NCBI GenBank assembly: GCA_963675665.1
Contig: OY776510.1
Coordinates: forward strand, 3,872,001-3,936,000
Length of the DNA: 64,000 nucleotides
Direction: 5' to 3'
From: Spirochaetia bacterium
Lineage (GTDB): Bacteria; Spirochaetota; Spirochaetia; UBA9216
This document shows, in pieces, positions 1-10,134 of the stretch. Position numbers and translations under genes: made by a program. The notes beneath the pieces were generated by a model. That model had not been told where the DNA came from, did not search any database, and saw only the letters and a list, made by a program, of their open reading frames with translations. Within the stretch, counting starts at the first letter, position 1. Each line of letters begins with the position of its first letter.

Positions 1-516
1 GGCAATTACTACAGGAATATCCAGTCTTTTAACAATCATTTCAGAGACTTTCTCAGCTGCATCAACATGTCTGTATGCAAGAAGATCAACTCCTTCGACG
101 CCTTTTTGCTGTAATTTATAGGCGTCTTCCGTAATTTCTTCAGGAGTTCCTTTTAAAATGCTGGGGTGCCCTTCTATTTTCCCGCAGAAAGGGAAATATG
201 CTTTTTTATTTTCCTTTAAATAGGTAAATACAGACTCAAAAAATACCGTGCCCATCAAATAATCAAAACCGCATTCAACAGCCAATTCGGCTCCCGCAAG
301 GCATTCTTTTTCCGTCAAGGATACGATTTCAAGAAAAGTTTCTTTACCGGCAGCTCTCATTTCTTCCACAAGAGCTTTCATTTCATTCTTTGGTAAGCCA
401 ATATCTTTAAATCCCCAGAATTTCACCGGCAGATCTTTACAGGATTCAAAGACTTCCAGTGCATTTGCTACAGTTTCATCATTGTTGGTTAACATTACGA
501 TAAGGTTAGGAACCAT
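1..516 (-). CDS. Conserved hypothetical protein, probable TIM-barrel enzyme (runs off the window edge)
   Basis: ATG at 516 preceded by AAGGAGAG. Open frame MVPNLIVMLTNNDETV...WGFKDIGLP...GVDLLAYRH to position 1. Divergent from the DeoR gene. Confidence 0.75.
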   Translation of the reverse strand, partial: MVPNLIVMLTNNDETVANALEVFESCKDLPVKFWGFKDIGLPKNEMKALVEEMRAAGKETFLEIVSLTEKECLAGAELAVECGFDYLMGTVFFESVFTYLKENKKAYFPFCGKIEGHPSILKGTPEEITEDAYKLQQKGVEGVDLLAYRHVDAAEKVSEMIVKRLDIPVVIA

Positions 517-569
517 TTATTCTCTCCTTAACTTTTATTGATCTATTATCAGGCATACATTTTCTATTG

Positions 570-725
570 TCAAGTTTTTTCTTTCGTTCGATATATTTTA
601 TATAGTGTTTTTCTTTCTATCAACACCTTTTTTATATATTATATATAGCTTTTTAACATTTTTTCTTTCGTTTTTCTTTTCTTTTATATATCTTATCTTT
701 TTTTCGCAATTTTTTTCGCAATATT
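570..725. promoter_or_regulatory. Divergent promoter region with repeated TTTCTTTC/TTTTCG motifs (AgaR/DeoR-type operator-like)
   Basis: ttttctttcg at ~577 and ~661, tttctttct at ~610, tandem ttttttcgcaa at ~699-721. Lies directly upstream of an AgaR-like regulator. Confidence 0.4.
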
Positions 726-768
726 TATTGCAAAGTTTATTAAGATACTCTATACTGAAAAACATAAA

Positions 769-1584
769 ATGGTCCAAAGGAAGGTCATGCAGAATAAACT
801 AACTAAAAAAGAAAGAAAAGCAGAAATTCTAAAGAAACTGGGAGAACAGGGTTCTGTAGAAGTAACGTCACTCTCCCAACTTTTTACAGTCAGCGAAATG
901 AGCGTAAGAAACGACTTGAATGAACTTGCAGATGAAGGCAAACTTATCAGAAAACACGGGGGAGCCTACTCTATCAGTAACTCCATACAAAACAGGGAGA
1001 TTCCTTTAACAGAAAAGCAGAAAAAGAATTTCAAGGAAAAAGATCTTATAGGACAGGCGGCGGCATCTCTTTTAAAAGCGGGAGACTCCATTATGCTGGA
1101 TGCAGGAACAACTACCGAACATATTGCGCTTCATCTTAATAAATCAGGAGACCTTACAGTAATTACAAACGGCGTAAATATAATGAACCTGCTTATGCAT
1201 TATCCAGGTGTAACAACTTATACCGTGGGCGGTAAAATGGACAGCAAATCTTTCTCTATAATCGGGGAGATGGCTGAAAAAGATCTTAAGAATTATATTG
1301 CAAAGATATCCTTTATTTCGGCCGACGGTCTGACTATTGAAAACGGTTTAACAAATAACAGCCATGAAGCGACAAATATTTCAAGAATTTTAATATCAAA
1401 TTCCCAACAATGCATCCTTGTTATCGATGCCGATAAAATTAATGAAACCGGAATAATCTCATTATGTCCGATTACCGATATTGATATCCTTTTAACAGAT
1501 TCGCGAGCGCCGGAATCTTTTCTAAAGGAAGTAGAGAATATGGGGGTTAAGGTACTGATTGCCGAAGAAATTCTCGGCGTTTGA
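769..1584 (+). CDS. DeoR/GlpR (AgaR-like) transcriptional regulator
   Basis: N-terminal HTH VSEMSVRNDL..L...G..IRKHGGA and DeoR C-terminal domain LDAGTT/VITN. Start may be 787. Confidence 0.92.
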   Translation: MVQRKVMQNKLTKKERKAEILKKLGEQGSVEVTSLSQLFTVSEMSVRNDLNELADEGKLIRKHGGAYSISNSIQNREIPLTEKQKKNFKEKDLIGQAAASLLKAGDSIMLDAGTTTEHIALHLNKSGDLTVITNGVNIMNLLMHYPGVTTYTVGGKMDSKSFSIIGEMAEKDLKNYIAKISFISADGLTIENGLTNNSHEATNISRILISNSQQCILVIDADKINETGIISLCPITDIDILLTDSRAPESFLKEVENMGVKVLIAEEILGV

Positions 1585-2096
1585 AAACTTATACAGGAAT
1601 GGCTTTTTTGGATAACAATTTTATAGAAATTAAATATTTGGCAGACTGCCCGGAATATATCAATATTATTGCGGAATGGCTTTACGAGGAATTCGGCCGT
1701 TACCATCATGCCGATTCAAAAGAAAATCGGGTAAAAAGATTAAAGAGTTATTGCAATAAACATATCCTTCCAATCACATTTACTGCATCATACAAAAGCA
1801 ATCCGATTGCTACAGCCAGCCTTCTGAAACAGAACATGGATTCACACCCTGAATTATCGCCCTGGCTCGCAAGCGTATATACACTGTCAGACTTTAGAAA
1901 CCGTGGCATCGCAAAGTTATTAATAAATCATGTTATAAAAAAAGCCTGTGAATTGAATTTCGAACATCTGTTTTTATTCACAGACGAATTTGCAGCTTAT
2001 TACAATAAATTCGGATGGGAAACAATACTTGTTGAAGAATATTATCAGGAGCGTGTATCGTTGATGAAGCTGGACATTACCAATTTCCCGCAATGA
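1581..2096 (+). CDS. GNAT family N-acetyltransferase
   Basis: WLASVYT..FRNRGIA acetyl-CoA motif; YYNKFGW. Confidence 0.85.
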   Translation: MKTYTGMAFLDNNFIEIKYLADCPEYINIIAEWLYEEFGRYHHADSKENRVKRLKSYCNKHILPITFTASYKSNPIATASLLKQNMDSHPELSPWLASVYTLSDFRNRGIAKLLINHVIKKACELNFEHLFLFTDEFAAYYNKFGWETILVEEYYQERVSLMKLDITNFPQ

Positions 2097-2109
2097 ACAC
2101 CATGAAACC

Positions 2110-2141
2110 CGGCATAAGGGCAATTTACTTCCCTTATGCCG
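2110..2141. terminator. 11-bp inverted repeat, possible terminator hairpin
   Basis: CGGCATAAGGG-N10-CCCTTATGCCG just after the GNAT stop; no clear U tract. Confidence 0.4.
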
Positions 2142-2175
2142 ACCGGCGTATTATATTATTTTTAGAGGTGAAAAT

Positions 2176-2484
2176 ATGGGATTCTGGGAAAGATCAAAAG
2201 AAATGCTTAACAAGGGCGTAATATCAACAAAAGAAGTTATTGAAACCGCCGGCGAAAAAAGCAAGGAGATTGGAGAAAAAGGAGTTGCAAAACTTACCAT
2301 TATGCAGCTTGAAAAACAGGCGGAAAACAGGTTTGCACAGATTGGCCGTCATGTTTATCAAATTCTTATAAAAGAGGGCCAGCAGACTATCTCCAGAGGA
2401 ACAGATGATATTAAGAAACTATTGTCTGAGGTTGAGAAAATAGAAAAAGATATAGACGAATACGAGAAAACACTGAAAAGCTGA
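2176..2484 (+). CDS. Hypothetical coiled-coil protein
   Basis: GAGGTG RBS; 102-aa helical charged protein. Confidence 0.75.
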   Translation: MGFWERSKEMLNKGVISTKEVIETAGEKSKEIGEKGVAKLTIMQLEKQAENRFAQIGRHVYQILIKEGQQTISRGTDDIKKLLSEVEKIEKDIDEYEKTLKS

Positions 2485-2489
2485 GATTG

Positions 2490-3554
2490 CTACAGCCAGC
2501 GTTTTCGCCTGAACAATCTCAGTAATATCAGTGATACAATCAGAAATATGCCCCACATAATAAAGTAACTGTATCTGAAATGGAGTTCCGGCACATAATC
2601 AAAATTGGTGCCGTAGATTCCGGCGATGAAAGTGAGCGGGATAAATATTGCAGAAAAGATGGTAAGTATCTTCATGATTTCGTTCAAGCGGTTGCTTACG
2701 CTTGTATTATAGATATTTAGATGATCAGAGAGCATTTCTCGGTAACTGTCGATTGCGTCTACTGTCTGATTTGAAAGATCCAGAAGATCTTTCAGAAAAG
2801 GTATTGTTTCTTCCTGAATCAGCTCCGAATCTATTCTGGAAAGCTGAAGCAGGAATTCTCTTACAGGCCTCAACTGTTTGCGAAGATAATTCATTTCCCT
2901 TTTGTAATTATTGATCCTGGCAAGAACTTCCTGCGTAGGATTCCTTAGTATCTGCTCCTCGATATCTTCTATCTGTTCTCCCAGCCTTTCAATAATAATA
3001 AAGTAGTTATCTATAATAGTATCAAGAAGCGCATATGCCAGATAATCAATTCCGACCTTGCGTATCCGTCCTTTATGTTTTCTGATCCTGTTGCGGACCG
3101 GCTCAAAAACATCACCCGGTCTTTCCTGAAATGTAAGGAGAAAAGTTTTACCGAGAATAATACTCAACTGTTCACTTTGGATCTCTTGCTTTTCCTCATC
3201 ATAGTGCATCATTTTAATACCGAAAAACAGGTAATCATCATAGTCTTCCATTTTGGGTCTTTGTCCGGTATTTACAATGTCCTCGGTCACCAGGGCGTGG
3301 AGGTCAAACCCGCTGCCTATTTGCCTGATCAGGTCGGTATCGTGAAGCCCATTAATATTGAGCCATGTAACAGTATTTGTTTCCTTATACGGAAGCCCTT
3401 CTTTTATTTCATGAAGTGTTTTCTCGCTCAGTTTCTCATGGTCATAATCAATTAATGATATCGTTGATTCCTCAACCTTCTGTTCTCCAATAAAAATAAG
3501 TTCACCCGGAGCCTGACCTATTGCTGCAACTTTATTTTTCAAAAATCTGGCCAT
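2490..3554 (-). CDS. corA: Magnesium/cobalt transporter CorA
   Basis: QRPKME motif and C-terminal PLTFIAGIYGTNF (GMN-like) with two TM helices. GGAGG RBS before the ATG at 3554. Confidence 0.95.
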   Translation of the reverse strand: MARFLKNKVAAIGQAPGELIFIGEQKVEESTISLIDYDHEKLSEKTLHEIKEGLPYKETNTVTWLNINGLHDTDLIRQIGSGFDLHALVTEDIVNTGQRPKMEDYDDYLFFGIKMMHYDEEKQEIQSEQLSIILGKTFLLTFQERPGDVFEPVRNRIRKHKGRIRKVGIDYLAYALLDTIIDNYFIIIERLGEQIEDIEEQILRNPTQEVLARINNYKREMNYLRKQLRPVREFLLQLSRIDSELIQEETIPFLKDLLDLSNQTVDAIDSYREMLSDHLNIYNTSVSNRLNEIMKILTIFSAIFIPLTFIAGIYGTNFDYVPELHFRYSYFIMWGIFLIVSLILLRLFRRKRWL

Positions 3555-3622
3555 GTTTCCTCCCATGGTTTAAGCGTTTTTCATTTTTTAATTTATTGTT
3601 TAAATATTATTCCAATCAGTGA

Positions 3623-4588
3623 TCAAAAAAGATTAAAACCGATTTTAATGCCGGCTTTTAACTGAAACCGGTTTTTCTCAAAAAATGTCGGATCCAAAAA
3701 GTCTTTGAACATTGGTGCTTCCCAGCTTTTATCTTGCCAAAAATCACTGTAGGTTTTTGTAAATCGGGCATCAAGCAGATCAAGCCCCTCACAGAATATA
3801 CTGACGGAAACAAGGTTAGCCTGGCCCAGGAGTTCTTCGGACATAACAGTATACCCACGAAAAACAACAAAATCTGCACCCAGTCCGGAAAACCAGATGC
3901 CGTCGCTGCCGGACTGAGCTACACCATCCTTAATCCAGCCGGTACTGCTGCTGACGATTGAAACATAATGATTTACAATGTAAGCCTTGATAACCGGCAT
4001 ATATTTAAAAGGCAGACGGAATATAATCCCGTAGTACCATGACCATGCACCAGCCATGGGATCGGTCATCATAGTGTTTATCAGCGAATCGCCGTATTCA
4101 AAAACATCAAGCTTTTTCTGATCGTCAGCGCTTAATGAGCCCCCTTCATAGATAATTGCTTCCAATTCGGCAAGAATCTCCTCGTATTCCGTACACCTCC
4201 GGTAATGTTCAGAAAGATTTTTCTGGAAAGAATCTTTGTAATCAGAACCCCAAACCGGAGAGATTCCGATAAACGGGGCAATAAGCAGTCCTTTATTCAT
4301 AAAAACAAAAGGATTAATACCGGTTTCTATATATAAACCGCTGCCTAAACCGGAATAACCACCAAGTATTTCCGTTTTGTTTCCGATATCAAAATAAAAT
4401 ATGCCGACATTATTGTCCGGGTATAAATGAGATATAAAATCATCATCCATATCCAGAAATGAATAACCCGGGAACCCGAAGACCAGAGCTGGCGTTACAG
4501 CAAAGATAAAAATCAATAATAAAAAAAACGGTTTTTTTATTGCTTTCTGTCTTATTTTATCAAAATCGAATGTGCTCATATTCTTCAA
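3623..4588 (-). CDS. Hypothetical exported or outer-membrane protein
   Basis: Signal-like N-terminus; amphipathic C-terminal strand ending in Phe (KAGIKIGFNLF). Confidence 0.65.
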   Translation of the reverse strand: MKNMSTFDFDKIRQKAIKKPFFLLLIFIFAVTPALVFGFPGYSFLDMDDDFISHLYPDNNVGIFYFDIGNKTEILGGYSGLGSGLYIETGINPFVFMNKGLLIAPFIGISPVWGSDYKDSFQKNLSEHYRRCTEYEEILAELEAIIYEGGSLSADDQKKLDVFEYGDSLINTMMTDPMAGAWSWYYGIIFRLPFKYMPVIKAYIVNHYVSIVSSSTGWIKDGVAQSGSDGIWFSGLGADFVVFRGYTVMSEELLGQANLVSVSIFCEGLDLLDARFTKTYSDFWQDKSWEAPMFKDFLDPTFFEKNRFQLKAGIKIGFNLF

Positions 4589-4707
4589 TAAATATTTTTA
4601 TATTAACTCCTGTAAAAAACTTAAATCAGTTTCCCGTGGCTGTCAACTTTTTTATTTTGCAGTAATTATATGAATCTATTTGATCTGAATCCGATTGAAG
4701 ACGGTTT

Positions 4708-5457
4708 CTATAATGTTTTTACAAGCGAAACCAGTTCCGGCAATCCTGATATTATATTGGTAGAGTTCCGCTCTTTTCCTGTTTCACGGTTTTTCCCCAC
4801 AGTAAAATCAAGCGCCGTCTCATCCGTTCCGCGAACCAGCCGCTGAATCAGAACAGGTTTCATATTTGCTGCTTCAGCAGCAAGAATATCGTCTTCGGTA
4901 TCTCCTACATATACTATATCGGCTGCATCAAGCCCTGTTTCTTCCAGGGCCCGGACAAAAATCTCCGGATCCGGTTTCTTTACACCTACTTCCGCCGATA
5001 CAACAATAGTGTCGAAAAAACCGTCGAGATTATACTTTTCAAGATACTTCCTGACATGCCTGGGATGATCAAAATTACTGACAAGACCAAGGGTAAAATT
5101 ACTGTTTAATCTTTCCAGCGTCGGAACTGCATCAGGATCAGGTTCTATAAATTTTTGCCAGCTCTCAACCATTATATCTGCTGTCGATATAACATCGTTT
5201 ATTGAAACCTCCAGCTCTTCAGCCAGGGCCAGGTCAATAATCCTGTTTTCCAGCAATGTTAAATCTTTATTGATTACTGCGGGCTCTTCCCGTCCAAAAA
5301 ACTGATCACAGGCATTTGAAAAATCCTTCTTCGACATTTTAAGGCCGAGATCACTCAAGCAGGAATAAAATGTATTCAGCCAGACAGTCCATGCCTTTTT
5401 CATATCGCCATAGAGAAATAAGGTACCGTATAAATCAAAAAAGATTCCCCGTATCAT
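4708..5457 (-). CDS. HAD-superfamily hydrolase
   Basis: FFDLYGTL, VSN, KPDPEIF and YVGDTEDD motifs. Confidence 0.92.
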   Translation of the reverse strand: MIRGIFFDLYGTLFLYGDMKKAWTVWLNTFYSCLSDLGLKMSKKDFSNACDQFFGREEPAVINKDLTLLENRIIDLALAEELEVSINDVISTADIMVESWQKFIEPDPDAVPTLERLNSNFTLGLVSNFDHPRHVRKYLEKYNLDGFFDTIVVSAEVGVKKPDPEIFVRALEETGLDAADIVYVGDTEDDILAAEAANMKPVLIQRLVRGTDETALDFTVGKNRETGKERNSTNIISGLPELVSLVKTL

Positions 5458-5648
5458 ATATTTTCCTTTCTGTTATCGCATTATATTTATAAAACTTTCT
5501 GTTTGCCGGATTATATATAATATACGGATCGCTATCAACCTGCAGAACCAATCGTCCGTGATACAAATCCTGTTCTACCGTAAAAAATGTCAAGAAAAAA
5601 GTTGGTAGTCACAATAAGTAAATTCCTGATATAATACTCAAGTATTAA

Positions 5649-5742
5649 TCTCCGAGCCGACTTTCCTAAGGGACTAACCTATGGAAACAGGCCGTCAGGT
5701 TGTACCGGAAACGGTACCAGCCCCCCGTGTTTGGAAAGGAGA
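5649..5742 (+). ncRNA. Moco (molybdenum/tungsten cofactor) RNA motif, riboswitch candidate
   Basis: CTCCGAG 5' end, CCTAAG...TATGG tetraloop receptor, GTACCG-GAAA-CGGTAC hairpin and GCCCCCCGTGTTTGGAAAGGAG 3' end. These match the Moco motif consensus as I recall it. Confidence 0.85.
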
Positions 5743-5867
5743 GAAAGTGAACTGTTGCCCATATCATCCCGTTATTTTTATCTCACCTGTGTTTATCTAC
5801 ATTGAAAACAACAAGCTACAGCAGCATCTCTCCCTGTCAAATAAATCCTATACAGCAGGTAAACCAG

Positions 5868-8048
5868 ATGAAATGCTCAATATGCGAATTACGATGTGAT
5901 GTTACTGAAACCTTTTTCGGCCGCTGCGGGATGTACGTCCTGAATGAAACTGAAATCGTTCCCCGTTTTGAAAACCAGATATCCTCTTTTACAGTCGGCC
6001 GGATTGAAGATGTTCCGATACTTCACTATTACCCCGGCAGCCTAACCCTTCTTGCCGGAACAGTGAGCTGTAATTTCGACTGTCCATACTGCGAAAACAG
6101 TTATATCGCCCGGGAATCGTGGGAAAAACTGTTCCGCTATCAGATATCTCCCCGGGAACTTGTGCAAAAAGCCCGTTCCCTGGAATGCATGAATATTGCC
6201 TTTAACGTGAACGAACCGGCCGTCTCCTTCCCGTACTTTCTTGAAACGGCCGCAACCGCCCGGTCCGCAGGGCTCCATGCCGGCTGCGCAACCAACGGTT
6301 ATTTTACACGTGAAGGAATTGAGACCCTTGCAGAAAACATCGACTTCGCCAATGTCAGCCTTAAATCAATCAGCGATGATTTTTACAAAAAATCCTGCCG
6401 TGTTCCCGGTGTCGCTCCAGTGATCAGGAATATCGACATTCTTCAACAGAAGGGTGTACATGTGGAGGTGACTACTCCCGTTACACCGGATATGAATGAA
6501 GAAGATATAGAAAAAATATCCGGAATTCTGGGCGGCATAAGCAGAGACATTCCCTGGCATATATTCTGGCTTCTGCCTGAATACAAGATGGAGTCAGATG
6601 ACCATGTGCCGGTTGAACGGCTTCTGGCCATGAAAGAAATTGCGCACAGCAGCCTTAATCATGTTTTTCTGGGCAACCTGGTGGGATCGGAATGGCTTGA
6701 TACAGCCTGTCCTGATTGCGGATCGGTCATTGTGAAGCGGCTCAATGCCATGGGCTGCGGCTGTCAGATTGTAGAAGACAATCTGAACGGAGGACTCTGT
6801 CCGAACTGCGGTTCGCCGGTCAGTTTGGAGGGCCCCCTTTCCCTTGAATTCGCAGCCGCGGATGATTCTGCGACGCAGTCCTGGAAAAAAGATCCGCTGA
6901 GCCTGGGCCTGCTGGATGTACACGGATATCAGAAACTTTTTGACTTCAGGACCGGCGAAAGAATGGAACACCCGTCGCCGATTATTTCGAAGGTAAAAAA
7001 GCTTATCAGCGGCCGGCCGTATCCCGGAGATCAGAAGCCCGAATCGGACACCTGGGTAACGGATCTTGCACTGGAAATGATGGACATCTACCAGCCGGAG
7101 CTTGTTGTCCTTGATTACGCCCAGGCATGGTTTCTGGCGGTTAATCAGCCGGACGGGAAGAAAGAGGCCTTTGACAATATTTTTTCCAATGTAAACAGAT
7201 TTCTCGACAGCACCGGATTTGAACCCATGGTTGTAGGCACCGGAGGATTTGAAACCGTCGAAAGAATCATCGATCTGGAAAAATACTTCAGGACTGAAGA
7301 GATAATCCTGTCCAGCGGCAAATATGCCTATTTCAACCGGTCGTCTATAAAGGACCTTTCACAGGAAATACTTCAGGAACTGTCCGATATCTGGGACCTG
7401 TATACCCGGGATGAATTCCTTGCCGGCCTGGAATCATCCTATTCCGACGACTTTGCCATGTATATACACGATTTCATTGCCGTTGCCAAACCTGGAGTAA
7501 TGTTCAAGGGATTGAGCAGTTTTATCCGGATTAACGACTACACTTCATCACTGGATCGTTACATTCCGGTATATACCACACTGGATATTCCGGAAGATAT
7601 TACCCGGGTGGTTCCCGTCTCCTGCGATGCTGTCCGATCCGGTAAAAAGGTGGCCCTGATCATTATAGAAGGAGCCGGCCTTTCGTCTTTCCCGTTTACC
7701 GGCACCGCAAAATGCAGAAACCACGACGGCCTTTATACATATCAGATGCATGAACAGTATATAAGCCTGGGGACAGGCACTCATTACAGCAGCAGTGATT
7801 TCCGTTTTCCACTGGGCAGGGATTACTGGCTCAGGGATTACAGACCCTATCCTTTTTCAGGACGATTTCACAGGTTCCTGCAGAATACCCCTCAAAAACG
7901 AACCAGCCCGTTAAAAAGCCTTTCGGTAGGAAACAGAAATATCCATACCCATGTCTGTCTTGAAGCTGATATATCTCTGGAATGCTACTGCTGCTACCAG
8001 CATAACTTCGGAACAATGGCCGTGTTTCATGAAGAAGCACTGACCTGA
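5868..8048 (+). CDS. Radical SAM protein (AmmeMemoRadiSam AmrS/PflX-like) with a ~390-aa C-terminal extension
   Basis: N-terminal CSICELRC..GRCG, CNFDCPYC rSAM motif, NEP, CPDCG/CPNCG knuckles, C-terminal CYCC. Likely start at ATG 5868. Confidence 0.88.
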   Translation: MKCSICELRCDVTETFFGRCGMYVLNETEIVPRFENQISSFTVGRIEDVPILHYYPGSLTLLAGTVSCNFDCPYCENSYIARESWEKLFRYQISPRELVQKARSLECMNIAFNVNEPAVSFPYFLETAATARSAGLHAGCATNGYFTREGIETLAENIDFANVSLKSISDDFYKKSCRVPGVAPVIRNIDILQQKGVHVEVTTPVTPDMNEEDIEKISGILGGISRDIPWHIFWLLPEYKMESDDHVPVERLLAMKEIAHSSLNHVFLGNLVGSEWLDTACPDCGSVIVKRLNAMGCGCQIVEDNLNGGLCPNCGSPVSLEGPLSLEFAAADDSATQSWKKDPLSLGLLDVHGYQKLFDFRTGERMEHPSPIISKVKKLISGRPYPGDQKPESDTWVTDLALEMMDIYQPELVVLDYAQAWFLAVNQPDGKKEAFDNIFSNVNRFLDSTGFEPMVVGTGGFETVERIIDLEKYFRTEEIILSSGKYAYFNRSSIKDLSQEILQELSDIWDLYTRDEFLAGLESSYSDDFAMYIHDFIAVAKPGVMFKGLSSFIRINDYTSSLDRYIPVYTTLDIPEDITRVVPVSCDAVRSGKKVALIIIEGAGLSSFPFTGTAKCRNHDGLYTYQMHEQYISLGTGTHYSSSDFRFPLGRDYWLRDYRPYPFSGRFHRFLQNTPQKRTSPLKSLSVGNRNIHTHVCLEADISLECYCCYQHNFGTMAVFHEEALT

Positions 8049-8071
8049 AAAATAATGGAGGAGAATCTCAA

Positions 8072-9097
8072 ATGTTAAAACACAAAAAACCGGGATCATT
8101 TTCAAAATTCGTTCTTATCATCATTGTCATGAGTCTCACGGCATCCTTTGTGATGGCCGAAGGCAGAACAATATCCGACCAGACCGGCGCAGCCGTTACT
8201 TTACCGGACCAGGTCGACAGAGTGGTTACTGTCTACCCGATGGCGACACTCATTATCTACAGCCTGAAGGGCCAGGATAAAATTGTCGGAATTGATTCCA
8301 ACAGTCCGAAGAACAAGGTGCTTCAGGCCCTTGACGGGAATATCGAAAATATTACAAAAGTCGGGATGCCCTGGGAAGTAAATACTGAATCGGTTGTAGC
8401 AGTTGACCCGGATGTCGTAATAGGCGGATTCGGAGAGGTGCGGAATAACCTTGAAGCCCTTGGACTGCCTGTTATCGGACTTGACCTTGAGAGCCCGGAA
8501 AAACTCAAGGAAGGTATTCTACTTATAGGTGAATGCATCGGCAAAAATAAAGAAGCCGACGCGTTGATTGCTTATTATGACGAGAAAATGTCGTATATTT
8601 CCTCAAAAACAGCATCAATCCCGGAGAAAAAGCGCACCCGTGTTCTGATTCCGAACAAGACGGGGGTTAATTCATGTACCGGCGGAGATTCATATCAGAA
8701 CTTCCTTATTGAAGGGGCCGGAGGTATTAATGTAGCTGAAGCAATTACCGGACGCTGGCCGGAGGCTTCACTGGAACAGATTATGATCTGGAACCCGCAG
8801 GTTATTATTGTACCTCCGTACTGCGCGGAAACCGTTGATGACATTCTGGGCAATTCCGCCTGGGAAGATATCGACGCTGTTAAAAACAAACGCGTATTCG
8901 CCATGCCCGGCTATACCGTTGCATGGGACACTCCTGTAGCTGATTCATTTCTCGGAGAAATCTGGATTGCCGGGAAACTTTACCCTGAACTCTTTTCTGA
9001 TCTGGATTTTTCAAAGGAAGTAAAAAACTTCTACTCGGATTTCTACGGTATACACATGAGCAACAGTGACGTTGAGGCATTGCTGCTTTCCGATTGA
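8072..9097 (+). CDS. ABC transporter substrate-binding protein (FecB/BtuF/MolA class III)
   Basis: Signal peptide; TISDQTG..VTLP..VDRVV, NTESVVAVDPDVV, SLEQIMIWNP and IDAVKNKRVF. Confidence 0.92.
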   Translation: MLKHKKPGSFSKFVLIIIVMSLTASFVMAEGRTISDQTGAAVTLPDQVDRVVTVYPMATLIIYSLKGQDKIVGIDSNSPKNKVLQALDGNIENITKVGMPWEVNTESVVAVDPDVVIGGFGEVRNNLEALGLPVIGLDLESPEKLKEGILLIGECIGKNKEADALIAYYDEKMSYISSKTASIPEKKRTRVLIPNKTGVNSCTGGDSYQNFLIEGAGGINVAEAITGRWPEASLEQIMIWNPQVIIVPPYCAETVDDILGNSAWEDIDAVKNKRVFAMPGYTVAWDTPVADSFLGEIWIAGKLYPELFSDLDFSKEVKNFYSDFYGIHMSNSDVEALLLSD

Positions 9098-10134
9098 AAA
9101 ATATGATCGGACCGGAAACAACAAGGGAAAAGATTTCCGGTGTCAGAATATTTTTTCTGATACTGATTCCCCTCGGGCTGTTTTTGATTTCGCTCTTTAT
9201 CGGGCGCTATCCCCTCAGCCCGGGGGATATTATGAAAGCCCTTGGAGAGGTTCTTCTCTTCAGGGGCTTCAATGTCCCCAAAACTGTTTATACCATTCTT
9301 TTTAAAATACGCTTTCCCAGAACCATGACTGCGATGCTCATCGGGGCCGCCCTGTCTGTAAGCGGCGCTTCCTTTCAGGGAATGTTCAGGAACCCTCTTG
9401 TAAGCCCTGATGTTTTGGGGGTCTCGTCGGCAGCAGGATTCGGGGCCGCCCTGGCTATCCTTGCATCAGGAAATGCAGCTGTTATTCAGATAGCGGCCTT
9501 CGCCTTCGGAATAACAGGGGTAATTCTGACTTACGGGATAAGCCGTATCTACAAAAGCACCCCCGTTCTCATGCTTGTTCTGTCCGGGGTTGTTGTTTCG
9601 GCTTTTTTTTCAGCTCTTATTTCCGCGACCAAATTCATGGCCGATCCCTACGAAAAACTGCCTGCAATCACCTTCTGGCTGATGGGGAGCCTCAGCGGGA
9701 CAACCATGGAAGACATGCTTGCCGTTCTGCCCGCTATTGCAACGGGTCTTACGGGATTAATGCTGGTACGCTGGAGATTGAATGTCCTGGTAATGGGAGA
9801 TGAAGAAGCCCGTTCCCTCGGGATCAGAACGGAAATCCTGAAAGGGATTATTATTTTCTGCGCGACTATTGTTACTGCAGCCTCAGTATGCGTAAGCGGA
9901 ATGGTCGGTTGGGTCGGGCTTGTTATTCCCCATGTTGGGAGAATGCTTGTGGGGCCGGATCACAAGGTCCTGCTGCCCTCTTCGGCAGTCCTCGGAGCGT
10001 CCTACCTTCTTATAATCGATACCGTTGCCAGAACAGCCATCTCATCCGAGATCCCCCTCGGTATACTGACTGCTGTTATAGGGGCGCCCTTTTTCGCCTA
10101 TCTGATAAGAAAGACAAAAGGGGGCTGGCGATGA
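9094..10134 (+). CDS. FecCD/BtuC family ABC permease
   Basis: IRFPR, QGMFRNPLVSPDVLGVSSAA, GDEEARSLG, GWVGLVIPH. Confidence 0.95.
   Translation: MKNMIGPETTREKISGVRIFFLILIPLGLFLISLFIGRYPLSPGDIMKALGEVLLFRGFNVPKTVYTILFKIRFPRTMTAMLIGAALSVSGASFQGMFRNPLVSPDVLGVSSAAGFGAALAILASGNAAVIQIAAFAFGITGVILTYGISRIYKSTPVLMLVLSGVVVSAFFSALISATKFMADPYEKLPAITFWLMGSLSGTTMEDMLAVLPAIATGLTGLMLVRWRLNVLVMGDEEARSLGIRTEILKGIIIFCATIVTAASVCVSGMVGWVGLVIPHVGRMLVGPDHKVLLPSSAVLGASYLLIIDTVARTAISSEIPLGILTAVIGAPFFAYLIRKTKGGWR

Noticed and set aside
605-802. 65-aa Phe-rich ORF
   Set aside because: Product of a T-rich regulatory region; no RBS or recognisable protein features.
5649-5742. Cobalamin riboswitch suggested by the BtuF/BtuC-like transporter
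   Set aside because: No B12-box or GCCACTG motif; the sequence fits the Moco motif instead.
9888-10130. N-terminal extension of the ABC ATPase
   Set aside because: Overlaps the permease in another frame; the ATGA-coupled start at 10131 is more plausible.
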